DNA of 64,000 nucleotides from the NCBI GenBank assembly GCA_000091205.1, contig AP006494.2. One strand, 5' to 3'. The stretch is from Cyanidioschyzon merolae. Taxonomy: Eukaryota. The notes beneath the pieces are model-generated. The model saw only the letters and a program-made list of their open reading frames with translations, was not told where the DNA came from and searched no databases. The position numbers were made by a program, and so were the translations under genes. Numbering within the stretch: position 1 is the first letter of the stretch; every line of letters begins with the position of its first letter. Below, piece after piece: positions 33,524 to 44,120 of the stretch.

Positions 33524-34415
33524 AGGTCTGTTGAACCCGCTGCATAACGTTGGTGCATCAATCGATATCTCTTTGAACGGCGGCTTCTGTGGCTGACCGT
33601 CGCTCTGCCAGCGCGCGCTGTACTCGAACTTAAGAGCGCACAAAGCTTTGCTCTCCCTGGATCAAACTCGATCAAGAGGAAAAATCGAACGCGCACTTAG
33701 TCGTTCGCTCCGGAGGGACCATCTTGCGGGGTTGAGCGTGGAGGCTTGCAGCAGAACTTGGGATGACCGAGAACCTTGCCGACTTTCCGTCCGCCGCAAC
33801 CGAGCAGCTCTTCATCCTACATGGTGTCTGAAGCTATTGACGCGACATCGATGGAGACGAATGCCGGTCTGGGAGATGCTCCAGCACGTATGCTTGAACT
33901 GATCAGGAAAGTACGGATCTTGGGCTGGAGTGCAACGATCCCAGAAGCTCGCTTGTCCGGGCGCGCCTGCAACTTATCAGAGGATATCATCGCCTTGCGG
34001 ACCGAGCCGACGAAACTAGTGGCTCTCCTGCGCATGCCACTCTGCGCTTGAGGATGCATGTGCCTCGCTGGGAAAGGCACTCATCGCATGCTTTCAATTT
34101 CCGGTACAGAGGCGAAAGGCGCTCCACATATGCGTACATTTGCCGATTAAGGATCGTGCGGCTCCCGTCGCATGCGCGTTATCACCGTTCGAAAAGTGCG
34201 CAGGTGCTGCAAGTTCGGGACTTGTGATCATATGGTGGAGTTTTATCGTCATCGTTCTTCTGGTGATGGCCTTGTCATGATTCGTGTCACCCGACAAGAA
34301 AGGTAGAGTGTAGGTGATGGATGCGCACGGGCTTTTTCGTGAAAATCAACCAGTCGGGCAACGCTGATTTGGCCTACAGGGGACCAATGTCGACCAGAAA
34401 TGGAATCGGTTGCGT

Positions 34416-36017
34416 TCACTCCCATTCTATTGTTCCGGGCGGCTTACTCGTGACGTCATAAACAATGCGATTCACGCCACTGACCTCGTTCACAATTCGC
34501 AGTGAAATTCGCCGCAGCACCTCGAAAGGAAGAGGATACCAGTCGGCAGTCATGTAATCCGAGGTAGCAACCGCTCTCAGCGCAATGACCTCTTCGTATG
34601 TCCGAAAATCTCCCATGACTCCTACAGCTTTGCTGGAAAGGAGCACAGCGAATGCTTGTCCAATCTGTTCATACAGCCCTGCACGGCGCAATTCATGCAG
34701 AAAAATAGCATCTGCTTCGCGCAGTTTGTTCAAACGTTCGGAAGTAATCTCACCGAGAACACGTATGGCCAATCCCGGTCCAGGGAAGGGGTGACGATAG
34801 ACAACCTCCGCCGGTAAGCCGAGCACTAAGCCAAGCTTACGAACCTCATCCTTAAACAGATATCGAAGCGGTTCAATGAGTTTGAGCCGCATTCGTTGTG
34901 GCAGACCCCCGACGTTGTGATGCGTTTTGATCGTGGCACTCGGGCCCTTGTGCGATATGGATTCGATCACATCCGGATACAACGTGCCTTGGAGCAAAAA
35001 ATCGGCTGAGATTTTTCGCGCCTGCTCCTCGAAGACCTTGATGAACTGATTGCCGATGGTCTTGCGTTTCTCTTCCGGATCGGTAACCCCTGCTAGCGCA
35101 TCCAAAAAGTGCGTAGATGCATTAATACAATCAACCTGAACATGCATTTGGTCTCTCAGCATCGCCATCACGTCAGTCGCTTCATTTTTGCGCAAAAGCC
35201 CGTTGTCCACAAAGATTCCGCGAAATCGATCTCCAATCGCCCTGGACACGAGCAGCGCTGCGACCGTGGAGTCGACGCCACCGCTCAGCGCACCGACAAC
35301 GAGCGCATGCTCTCCTGTTTGCTCGCGGATTGTCCGAATCGCTTCTTCGAGAAACGCTTCCATGTACCAGTCACCTCTGCAGCCGCATACTGCCCGGCAA
35401 AAATTAGCCAGCACTTCCGTACCGTGCTCAGAATGACTCACCTCCGGATGAAACTGTAGTCCATATATAGGTGCAAGCACCGATGCATGCGCGTTCGGCT
35501 GCCCGTACACGGCAGCGTAGTTGCAGTTTTCCGTGCGGGCAATGGGGTAAAAGCCCTCGGGCAGCGAAATCACCCGGTCACCATGACTCATCCAGACCGA
35601 GCAGGAAGTCTTGAGGCCGTGAAATAGCGCGCCACCGTCAGCAGGATCTTCGACTACCTGGAGAGTGGCATGTCCGTATTCTCTCTTATCGCCGCACTCC
35701 ACCTTCCCTCCGAGCTGGTACGCAATCTCCTGCATACCGTAGCAAATTCCCAGTATAGGAATACCAAGGGAGAATATGCGCGCGTCGAGGTGCGGTGAAT
35801 CAGACTCGTAAACAGACGCAGGGCCACCAGACAGAATCAAACCCTTCGGTTTCAGTTCCATCAGGCGCTCTGGTCCAACATCGTAAGGGTGAAGCTCCGA
35901 GTAAAACCCGATGTCCCGAAGGCGCCTCACAATCAGATGCGCGTACTGGCTCCCAAAGTCGAGGACCACGAGTAGATCGTGCCCCGCGTGGATCGAGTTC
36001 TCCAACGGCTCTGTCAT
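34416..36017 (-). CDS. guaA: GMP synthase [glutamine-hydrolysing], bacterial-type single-chain GuaA (~533 aa)
   Basis: Class-I GATase: 'GICYGMQ' (catalytic Cys), '[11 protein letters not shown]' (His/Glu). ATP-pyrophosphatase P-loop '[12 protein letters not shown]'. C-terminal dimerisation domain '...[57 protein letters not shown]'. The ORF is colinear with GuaA from end to end. Confidence 0.9.
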   Translation of the reverse strand: MTEPLENSIHAGHDLLVVLDFGSQYAHLIVRRLRDIGFYSELHPYDVGPERLMELKPKGLILSGGPASVYESDSPHLDARIFSLGIPILGICYGMQEIAYQLGGKVECGDKREYGHATLQVVEDPADGGALFHGLKTSCSVWMSHGDRVISLPEGFYPIARTENCNYAAVYGQPNAHASVLAPIYGLQFHPEVSHSEHGTEVLANFCRAVCGCRGDWYMEAFLEEAIRTIREQTGEHALVVGALSGGVDSTVAALLVSRAIGDRFRGIFVDNGLLRKNEATDVMAMLRDQMHVQVDCINASTHFLDALAGVTDPEEKRKTIGNQFIKVFEEQARKISADFLLQGTLYPDVIESISHKGPSATIKTHHNVGGLPQRMRLKLIEPLRYLFKDEVRKLGLVLGLPAEVVYRHPFPGPGLAIRVLGEITSERLNKLREADAIFLHELRRAGLYEQIGQAFAVLLSSKAVGVMGDFRTYEEVIALRAVATSDYMTADWYPLPFEVLRRISLRIVNEVSGVNRIVYDVTSKPPGTIEWE

Positions 36018-36087
36018 ACGAATGTTCAGAAGTGTGGGTGTTCAAGCTGCACCCGCGGTACAGTTGTCGTTGCGTTCCTGCGTTTCT

Positions 36088-37450
36088 CGGCGTCTGCGTG
36101 GTGCACCCACATCGGATTAAGGTGGAACGATGTATTTCGCATCCTGGTCCAGCCTTTCGATTCCCTCCGAACTTTCTTTCTCGGTGTACTGCCTCGGTAT
36201 CCAAATTGCACCATCAAGCGATTACGGATTCTTATGTAACTTTTGGATTCGCTGTCACCCTTTTTCGGAACTGTCTCTTCGATACGTTGCCGCCGGAGTT
36301 CATTACGTCACCGGTATCAAGTTGCTCCATGACACACACGAGGAGAAGTTCGTACACTTCTCCACAGCATTACCTACTTCTCAGGCACAGGAATCCATTC
36401 TTCCGTTTTCCTTGCAAACGGCAAGCTCAAATCACGCTTTCCTCAAGTTTTCGGTGTTTCTGTCTCGGAATATCTCGCAGGTGCAGCAATCGGTGCCGCA
36501 AGACTGACGGGAGCAAGAAATCGATGTCGACCCTTGACGACTTGTTCAATAGCTGAGGCCGGAAGTGCACTGAACTACTCACGCCGAAGAGTCGATTCCG
36601 TTCGAAAGGAAAATCTCCCTCTCTTTGTGGACATCCTCGAAGCGGCACTCGGCAGCAGCATGACGTGGCTCAATGGAACTGCACCCCAGGGCTCTTGTGT
36701 ATTCTGGTTCCATGCCAAAGGGTCTTGGACTCGGACGATGGTCATTGCAGCGATCGCTTCTTCAAGAACGCGCATCACGGATTCGCAGGAAGAGAGCGAA
36801 GACGAATCGTCCTTGCTCGAATTGATCTCCTGTCTGACTATTCCTCCCGGTTCTTTTTCACCATAGACAACATCGCTTTCCACGAATCCCGTATCAAACG
36901 GGACGGCGCGGACCTGCGCATGCCGCGGACAGAGAACTCGCCGATGGCACCTCCTTGAACAGGCTCGTAAGTCTTGGGTACTGCAGTCGGCGCGGAAACG
37001 GCGCTCGATATCGAGGTGACCATGCTGCTCCCGTGATGGGCATTGACTGAGCGCTGAATCAAGAGCTCATATGCGACAGGGCGGCGCTCGGAAGCTGACG
37101 TGTGGAGGAGAGATCGGAGCACCTGCGCACCGTCAAGCGTGATCGCTGCAAATGGCGCTCGTGGGCTCAGTGCAAAGAATGTGACAACGGCAAGTGAGGC
37201 ACTGATCGCGGTCTCCGCATGAACATGAAAAGCGTTCACTTAAGCTGGAAGTAGCGAAATCGAGGCAATAGCGCTGCAATCAATTTTCCTCCGCTGTTTA
37301 GAAGGAGCTGGAGGAAATAGAGAGACCTGCGTATTTCACGCCCAAACCAAGAGAGGCGAAAAGGAAGCATTAGCAGAGAGAGCTCGCCAGGCAGGTGTTG
37401 ATGGCATTGGAAAGAGACTCAAACTTTAGAGTGTGCGCCCGCAGAGGAGG
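36088..37450 (+). repeat. Dispersed repeat family R4, copy a (~1.35 kb). It ends in the 3' terminal module shared with R5 and the TnpB-like element. It occupies the divergent intergenic region between GMP synthase and BCKDH-E1-beta.
   Basis: Near-identical to 56606-57968. Both start 'ctgcgtggtgc[a/t]cccacatcggattaaggtggaacgatgtatttcgcatcc' and both end 'caggtgttgatggcattggaaagagactcaaactttagag[t/g]gtgcgcc'. Small indels near 36930 break the 220-aa ORF that is intact in copy b. Confidence 0.85.
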
Positions 37451-38046
37451 ATCGCTCCCAATTTATTCCAAAATCGCTGGTGGACTCAGAGGATTCTGCG
37501 TAGCGATGTTTCCTTCGCAAATGCAGACAGCGGTCCATCCGATGGCTGTTATCGGAAATCTTTCGTCCTCCTCGAGCCGACCACCATCGGGACATATGCA
37601 AGGTGTCCTTTCTAGATTATGTCTTGAGGCGTTCTGGATCAGGCCCCTGTTCTATCAGTGAACACTGTTCGCTGTTTGGAAGAACACGGAAGTGTCCAAG
37701 TCGGCAATGGGGCCGCCTCCTGCTGCAAGATAGGATCTATGCATCCAAAAGACTTTAGTAAACTGTGATGATCCTCTAACTTAAAGAAAGCTTCTAGGCT
37801 AGCGTTCGTGCTTGCACTTGGGTCTCTTTGTGCTGTCAGGGAGAGCGCAGACGTCCGAAGGACTCGAGTCTCCTGCATCGTCCACTCTCATGAAATTCGC
37901 GGCAATCGCGACATCGCGCGAGTTCCGATCTCCCTGCAAGCATCCTATACCCACCAGGCTACCTGATTGAGGGTTTGCTATTGCTCTTTCTGCACGGGGA
38001 ACGGGTTGAAATATACACCAAAAACGCTGCTTGACTACTGCCAGTA

Positions 38047-39408
38047 TTGTTGAACCAGCGTTTCATGCTGCGATACCTTCGGGTGTTGTGTCTCCGCGAT
38101 TGGCTACTCGACCACACTGTTGCGTGGAGACAGTATGCTCGAGTTCGACGCAGCTTGCCGCTTACGGTTACTTTCACACCTCTCCAAATTGGTCTTCCAT
38201 GCGCGTCATTTGCAACCCGTGGAGACCGAGTGTGGAGCTCGACTATCCGCAAGCGCACGTTTTCAACGGAGAACGAGAGCTCGCCGAGCACGACTGACGT
38301 TGCTCCGGGGCCTGCAGTTGGAGACCGAGCACAACGCAGCACGACGCCCTCGCTCTATCCTGGAGGTGGAGACAAGCTCTCAGGGAGCGTCTCCAATTCT
38401 GCAGGCGTCGTGAAAGCCACTGAGGAAACCCTGCGGCAGATGAACCTGTTTACTGCGATTAACTCGGCGCTGTCGTGTGCACTTGAGAGTAACCCCAAAG
38501 TTCTCGTATTTGGAGAAGATGTTGCTTTTGGTGGTGTATTTCGTTGTACAAGTCAGCTTCAGAAGCGATTCGGCAGACAGAGAGTCTTCAATACGCCTCT
38601 GACAGAGCAGGGCATCGTAGGTTTTGCGGCCGGACTGGCAGCGATGGGTTATCGCCCGGTAGCGGAGATCCAGTTCGCAGACTATATATATCCCGCTTTC
38701 GATCAGATAGTGAATGAGATCGCGAAATATCGCTACCGATCTGGAGGACAGTTTAATTGTGGTGGAGTGGTTATCAGAGCGCCTTACGGCGCGGTCGGCC
38801 ATGGAGGGCACTACCATTCGCAATCTCCTGAGGCTTATTTTTTGCACACGGCCGGTATCAAGGTCGTTATACCCCGCGATCCGTTCACCGCAAAAGGCCT
38901 TTTGTTGCAGTCGATCGCTGAGGATGATCCGGTCATCTTCTTCGAGCCCAAGGCACTTTATCGAGCAGCCCAGGCAGAGGTACCTCTCAGCAAGTATGTG
39001 TTGCCACTTGGCCGGGCTGAGATCGTTCGCCCCGGGACGGACATCACCTTGGTGGCATACGGAGCGCAAGTCCGCGTGCTTCTCGAAGCAGCCCAAGTCG
39101 TCGCCAGAGAAGACAAGATCGAGGCAGAGGTCATAGATATTCAAACGATTCTGCCGTGGGATGAAGCGACAGTGTGCGAATCCGTTGCGCGCACCGGGCG
39201 ATGCATCGTCAGCCATGAGGCGCCGCTTACTGGTGGAGTCGGTGCCGAAGTTGCCGCTCGAATCCAGGAGGAATGTTTCCTCGACCTGGAGAGTCCGGTC
39301 ATGCGCGTATGTGGCTATGATATGCCTTTCCCTCTTGTCCACGAGAAGAACTATTTGCCATCCGCAGAAAAAGTTGTGCAGTGCATTCGAGATTGCCTGA
39401 ATTACTGA
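38047..39408 (+). CDS. BCKDHB: Branched-chain 2-oxoacid dehydrogenase E1 component beta subunit (BCKDH E1-beta) with a ~100-aa mitochondrial-presequence-like N-terminus
   Basis: '[85 protein letters not shown]...[37 protein letters not shown]...[42 protein letters not shown]' is nearly colinear with metazoan BCKDHB ([16 protein letters not shown]...RVFNTPLCEQGIVGFGIG...[28 protein letters not shown]...). Confidence 0.9.
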   Translation: MLNQRFMLRYLRVLCLRDWLLDHTVAWRQYARVRRSLPLTVTFTPLQIGLPCASFATRGDRVWSSTIRKRTFSTENESSPSTTDVAPGPAVGDRAQRSTTPSLYPGGGDKLSGSVSNSAGVVKATEETLRQMNLFTAINSALSCALESNPKVLVFGEDVAFGGVFRCTSQLQKRFGRQRVFNTPLTEQGIVGFAAGLAAMGYRPVAEIQFADYIYPAFDQIVNEIAKYRYRSGGQFNCGGVVIRAPYGAVGHGGHYHSQSPEAYFLHTAGIKVVIPRDPFTAKGLLLQSIAEDDPVIFFEPKALYRAAQAEVPLSKYVLPLGRAEIVRPGTDITLVAYGAQVRVLLEAAQVVAREDKIEAEVIDIQTILPWDEATVCESVARTGRCIVSHEAPLTGGVGAEVAARIQEECFLDLESPVMRVCGYDMPFPLVHEKNYLPSAEKVVQCIRDCLNY

Positions 39409-39949
39409 AAGCTGCATAGATCTCCATCGAACGGCGCTAACGACGAATTAGACCTCATTGTTTCATCCTCGCTAAGGATTTGCACGGAAAAAACTCTTTC
39501 ACGAAGAGCAAACCAAAGCGCGCCTTGGAGAACAACTTCATTCCGAACCAGTGCCCTGCGATATCGCCGTCAGCAAAGTAATGCAGTCTCCAAATGCGAA
39601 GCAATCACCGAGCAACAAGCGCCCGCGAGAAACTCAAAAGGCTACAGTTTATGCGCGTTCGGCAAGGTCTTTGAAATGCTGCGCACTAGCCCCCAAGAGG
39701 CGAGGATGCATCGCGAAATGCTGCCGCATGGACGACAGACCTGGTCATGGCGGACTCTCTTCATTTCTTGCTCTGTATGTCATACGTGCGAGGTATCCGA
39801 CTCGATCGCTGGATCCATGTCACTCGCACCATTTGTTGGCTTGTGCGCTGTAGCAAACGCGTCTCGCAGTACTCGAGCTGCAGCCTCTGCAAAGTCGCCT
39901 TGCCGAGGTTCGAGCCCTGGCAGGAGCCCCGAGCTCAGCTGGGATCAGC

Positions 39950-40351
39950 CTACTTCCCAGACTTTTTGCCTCCACGTTTGCCACTGCCTTTACGTGGAGG
40001 GCCCCGCCCCTGCGCTCGCCAGACTTGCAGTTTCCGCCACCAGCGCTCCTGTTTCTCTGAAAGCTTAATCTCACAGTAAGGATTTTTCTCGAGACGCTCC
40101 GGGTACCACGAGAGCAACAGTGGTCCACGATACTGCTTTTTGAGTACGGGCACACCCGATCGTCCAGGAGAAGCGCCCGAGAACCTGGACTCGTGGAATA
40201 CCTGGGCACGAAGGACCTCTACTGGCTCCCCTGTAGCAGGAATAATACCCTTCTCCAACGCTCTAATTTTCGCCTCATCTTCCACGGAAAGCTCTAGGAC
40301 TGACGGCCTCTTGCATAGCGTGCGAATGATTCTCCTCGTGAGACACTGCAT
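39950..40351 (-). CDS. Small basic protein, possibly mitoribosomal mS33 (MRPS33/Rsm27)-like
   Basis: 133 aa. '...LLLSWYPERLEKNPY...' and the lysine/glycine-rich tail 'RAQGRGPPRKGSGKRGGKKSGK' resemble mS33 ('...YDWYPNHHTY...KKGEGKRAAKRK'). The similarity is short and recalled from memory. Confidence 0.3.
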   Translation of the reverse strand: MQCLTRRIIRTLCKRPSVLELSVEDEAKIRALEKGIIPATGEPVEVLRAQVFHESRFSGASPGRSGVPVLKKQYRGPLLLSWYPERLEKNPYCEIKLSEKQERWWRKLQVWRAQGRGPPRKGSGKRGGKKSGK

Positions 40352-40751
40352 ACTCTCGGCGCTTTAAAAGCGCTCGCGCTTCACCCTGAAGCAAATACCT
40401 TAACTTGCTCGTTAAGCGATCAGCGTACCAGAATCCAAAACGCTTGAGGGGCAGCTATGGCTTAGCGCAAACTAGATGCGCTCGCACACATCGTTGCATG
40501 TGATTGTTCCGAAAAGCGCTGCGGTGTTCGCTGCAGTAAACGGCACTGCCCAACGGGGACTTTACTAGACCCTGAGAATTTTGAATAGAGCAACTAATAC
40601 AAAGTTCTTTTCGTGGGGTTCTCAGTATTCGCTTTGCTGGAGCTACGCCAAACAATAGCAAACTGAGTCTCCGAGGCAGCTGCGGACAAGGTAATCCCCG
40701 AGCTTGCGCTACGAACGATAAATAGCACGAGAAGCTGCAATTGCGCAGTTC

Positions 40752-42359
40752 ATGTGGGCGTTTTGGAGTGGAGCAGAGCTTCTTGCGGTGAAAAAACGAG
40801 CGAGGGAAGCTGCTAGGCCACTCCAATGCTGTGTTCGCGGGTCCGCTCTTCAGGAGGGCATTAAAGCAGTGGCGATCGGTAAACACGGCGCCAAACCGGT
40901 GCCGGAATCGATTCTGGAACCATTAAAAGTAGAGCTGGAACGTGTTGAGCATCAATTGCAGGTCTTTAAGCGGCAGGGACCCAATATGGCAGCGGATGAC
41001 CCCGCAAGCTCTCTGAATATTGAGCAAGTCGCGCGACGAGCCTCCTTCCTGGCATCGTTATTTTTGAAATACGAGTTGCTGCCAGCGGAGGCGCAACTAC
41101 TGCAGCATTGTATACCGAAAAGCACGGCGTCCTTGCGTTTGGGCCGAGAGCGCTGTGACTGCTTTGCAAGTGACGTGCTTCAAACGCTGTGCACGAACCT
41201 GCTCCCCGAGTCCAAAGCGTTTCGCCTTGGCGTCAAGTTACTGAGCGCTCAAGTCTTGTCGCGTGAAGAAGCTATGGAGCTCGCATCCATCGTTTTGTCC
41301 TGTAATGCAAACACGATGGAGTCTCCGGCAGTCGATATAACGGATGTGGTTTCGTTTCGCGCGCTCACGATGCATACCATGCGGGTACGCCATGAAACCT
41401 CGGACGAACTACTCGGAATGGCGGAGGCAGCGAACAGCGCGATGAGCCCTTCGTTTCGCCCTCACCAGAGCAGCACACAAAGTCGACCTCCTCAACGCTA
41501 TGTGCAACTGGCCGAACCCTTCGATGGCTTCGAACGTCCGGGATGCCTGTTAACTACACCTATTATTGCCTGGCACTTGCAAGAGCGCTGGGGAATCGCG
41601 AACGTTGTAGGCGCTATGGGCGACTCGCCTGGGCCAAAATATGGTCCGAACCTCAAGTCGGTGGCACTGGAGCTTTCCCGAGCGCTCGGGCCGCATTCCA
41701 CTGCGGTGAATTTTGCCCAGAATCTCGATGATATCTTCAAGGGGAGCAGAGCAGGCAGCAGATGCTTCAACCTCGTTGACCAAGCAGTTATTTGTCCAGC
41801 ACTGTACGATCTTCTGCCGTTACGACGCAGCATCGTCAAACGCCCGGGCTGGTCAACGGTTGAGAAATTTGTAGGCTGCGCTCCCGAGCAGTGCAGTGTA
41901 CTTATCGCCTCCGCTTTCCATCCGCCATACACCAAGCGCATGATCGAGGTTTCCATGGGACTTGGGCTCTCCGGTGCAATCATCATTCGCAAGGGCATCG
42001 AAGGGACGCTCTCAATCGCCCCGGACTCGAACTTTATCGAGCTTGCCTGTTGTGCTCGTCGGGCGGATCACACTTATGAGCAAATCGAGTTGAAAGTACA
42101 GCCTTCAGTCGAGCGAGTGAAGACGTCGTCGCCGGCGAACGCAACCGTTTCCGCAACACTGACTGCAGCGGAAAACGCCCGGCTGCTGCGGAACTACTAC
42201 CAATCGCGTACATCATGCGGCGACGAGCAGTTCGACCGGATAATTCAAGCAACACTTGCATGCGTGGATGCCGGTATGCAGTGGCTCATGGAGCACATAC
42301 ACGAACAAGGCCTTGCTGGTGAAGCATCGAGCAGCGTGCCCCCGTGCGCGGGGGGATGA
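40752..42359 (+). CDS. Hypothetical protein with weak resemblance to the TrpD / glycosyltransferase-family-3 fold, with apparently degenerate catalytic motifs
   Basis: 535-aa ORF. 'LSREEAMELASIVLSCNAN' resembles the TrpD N-terminal helix (LSEEEAEAAMDAIMSGEAT). 'ANVVGAMGDSPG' resembles the GTGGD loop. 'SRCFNLV' resembles GVRTVFNLLGP. 'SVLIASAFHPPYTKRMIEVSMGLGLSGAIIIRKGIEG' resembles '[35 protein letters not shown]'. No KHGN motif is present. The alignment is from memory. Confidence 0.35.
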   Translation: MWAFWSGAELLAVKKRAREAARPLQCCVRGSALQEGIKAVAIGKHGAKPVPESILEPLKVELERVEHQLQVFKRQGPNMAADDPASSLNIEQVARRASFLASLFLKYELLPAEAQLLQHCIPKSTASLRLGRERCDCFASDVLQTLCTNLLPESKAFRLGVKLLSAQVLSREEAMELASIVLSCNANTMESPAVDITDVVSFRALTMHTMRVRHETSDELLGMAEAANSAMSPSFRPHQSSTQSRPPQRYVQLAEPFDGFERPGCLLTTPIIAWHLQERWGIANVVGAMGDSPGPKYGPNLKSVALELSRALGPHSTAVNFAQNLDDIFKGSRAGSRCFNLVDQAVICPALYDLLPLRRSIVKRPGWSTVEKFVGCAPEQCSVLIASAFHPPYTKRMIEVSMGLGLSGAIIIRKGIEGTLSIAPDSNFIELACCARRADHTYEQIELKVQPSVERVKTSSPANATVSATLTAAENARLLRNYYQSRTSCGDEQFDRIIQATLACVDAGMQWLMEHIHEQGLAGEASSSVPPCAGG

Positions 42360-42905
42360 GCGGTGCTCACGTGCATGGGCTGTTCGTTGGAACGAGCCCG
42401 TGTGCGCTTTTTTACTGTTGAGCCTATGCCTCAATATCCGGTACTTCCAATGGAATATAACCATTCATAAACTTCCGATTGTGGTAAGAACTTTCCCTGG
42501 ACGAGTTGGCGCTCGAGAAACACTTCGCTACGCCGACACGGCGAGTGCTGGATATTTGAATGCTTCTGCCTTCGCTGCCGCCAGTCTGCGGCACCCACGG
42601 ACTCGTTTCGTTTCAAGTTTCACGATTCTGCAGTGTTGCTTTGCTGACGTTCGCAAATCTGGGGTGCTCGTGCGATTATTGGGGTCAAATTGTTGGGACA
42701 GCTCGTGAACGCTCTCTTTGCAGCGTTCGCCGAAAGATGCTCCAGAAGACTTGCGCGCTTTCCTGAACGAAACCGCTGTCACCGACACTCTTCGATTGCT
42801 GGGGCCGAATTCCAGCGAGCCGGTTGTCAAGTTGCGTAGGTTTCGTTCCCGATTTCCTGCTGCAGGCACGTCATTATCTGTCCTAATAGGTGGTCTTCAA
42901 CACGT

Positions 42906-44120
42906 TTGCCGCCCGAGATGGGGAGCACCGTTTCGGACTCGGAACCGGCGCCGCAGGCAATCCTTCGGGGTCACACGAGCCCAGTGACAGCGCTCTGTCT
43001 GCTGGGGCATAGCGAACGCGCTCTCAAGTCAGCTAAGCCACGCTCCGGTGTATGGGAAGACGCTCCCACAATAAACTGGCCCCGTATTGTCGTCTCAGGA
43101 GACTCGCGAGGTAACCTGCTGGTTTGGGATCTAGACCTCGAGCAGGTCATCGCTAACCAGAAACAGAGCACTGAGGCGCCACTGCTCTCCATTGAGGCAG
43201 CAACCGATGAGCCGAACCTTCTCATAACCCACAGTCGCGATGGTTGCGTCAGAGTCATCCAGATGGACCAGTTATCGAGTTCCGTGGCGGACATGAGGCA
43301 TGCGGCTGGTGAGATGCTGGAGCCTTTTCCGATGTCCAGAGGACGAGTGCTATTTCGGGGCGAACCGCACGGCTTCTGCCGCCCAGGGATCATCGAGTTC
43401 GCAGCATCCGATCGCATCCTTATAGCCACCAGTGGCGGTAAAAATCATGAATCCATCTACCTGTGGGATGCGCGGGTCAGCAGCGAGAAACCCGTTGGTA
43501 AGCTCTGTCGTGAAGGGACTCTGGAAGCGAGGCGATCATCTTCGACCACAGCTGGTGGCGATGGGATTTCCGCGCTTTGTTTATGTATGAAAGCCTTGCC
43601 TGCAGAGCGCACACTTCTCGCAGGCTACGAAGATAATCACATGTGTGCCTGGGACTATCGCGGACGTTCCGATTTACCGGTTGCGGAGGTTCCCGTGTTC
43701 CGGCACGCTCAACCGCTCCTAGCGCTGGACAGCATCCGTCCGCTCGCCGTAGACGGCTCGGAGCGGTTCTATACTCTCGCGACGAGCGGTTTTCATGGAC
43801 AAGTTGCTATGATGCGCTATGCACCAGCGACAGCCTGCTTTGAGACCACTGCACAGCTCACTGTGGCCAACGCGGCGATCTCCGAACTCGCCTATCGTCC
43901 GAGTGATACCCGCATACTCGTTGGAGGATGCTCAGATCACGGTGTTCGGGTACTTTCGGCCAAGTCGCCGTACAGAAAACTCGCACTGTTGCGAAAACAC
44001 CGCGGTGCCGTTCGATGCTTACGGTTTGCTGACTTTGGTTCAGTCTTCGCGACCGGTGCTGACGACTCCGCTATCGCCATCTGGACTATCTATGATACCT
44101 CATTTATTTCCAATGCTTAA
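42906..44120 (+). CDS. WD40-repeat protein, GNB1L/WDR14-like
   Basis: WD signatures: 'ILRGHTSPVTALCLLG...', 'IVVSGDSRGNLLVWDLD', 'TLLAGYEDNHMCAWDYRG' (compare GNB1L 'LLLAGYEDGSVVLWDV'), 'VFATGADDSAIAIWTIYD'. The ORF is 404 aa. Confidence 0.6.
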   Translation: MPPEMGSTVSDSEPAPQAILRGHTSPVTALCLLGHSERALKSAKPRSGVWEDAPTINWPRIVVSGDSRGNLLVWDLDLEQVIANQKQSTEAPLLSIEAATDEPNLLITHSRDGCVRVIQMDQLSSSVADMRHAAGEMLEPFPMSRGRVLFRGEPHGFCRPGIIEFAASDRILIATSGGKNHESIYLWDARVSSEKPVGKLCREGTLEARRSSSTTAGGDGISALCLCMKALPAERTLLAGYEDNHMCAWDYRGRSDLPVAEVPVFRHAQPLLALDSIRPLAVDGSERFYTLATSGFHGQVAMMRYAPATACFETTAQLTVANAAISELAYRPSDTRILVGGCSDHGVRVLSAKSPYRKLALLRKHRGAVRCLRFADFGSVFATGADDSAIAIWTIYDTSFISNA

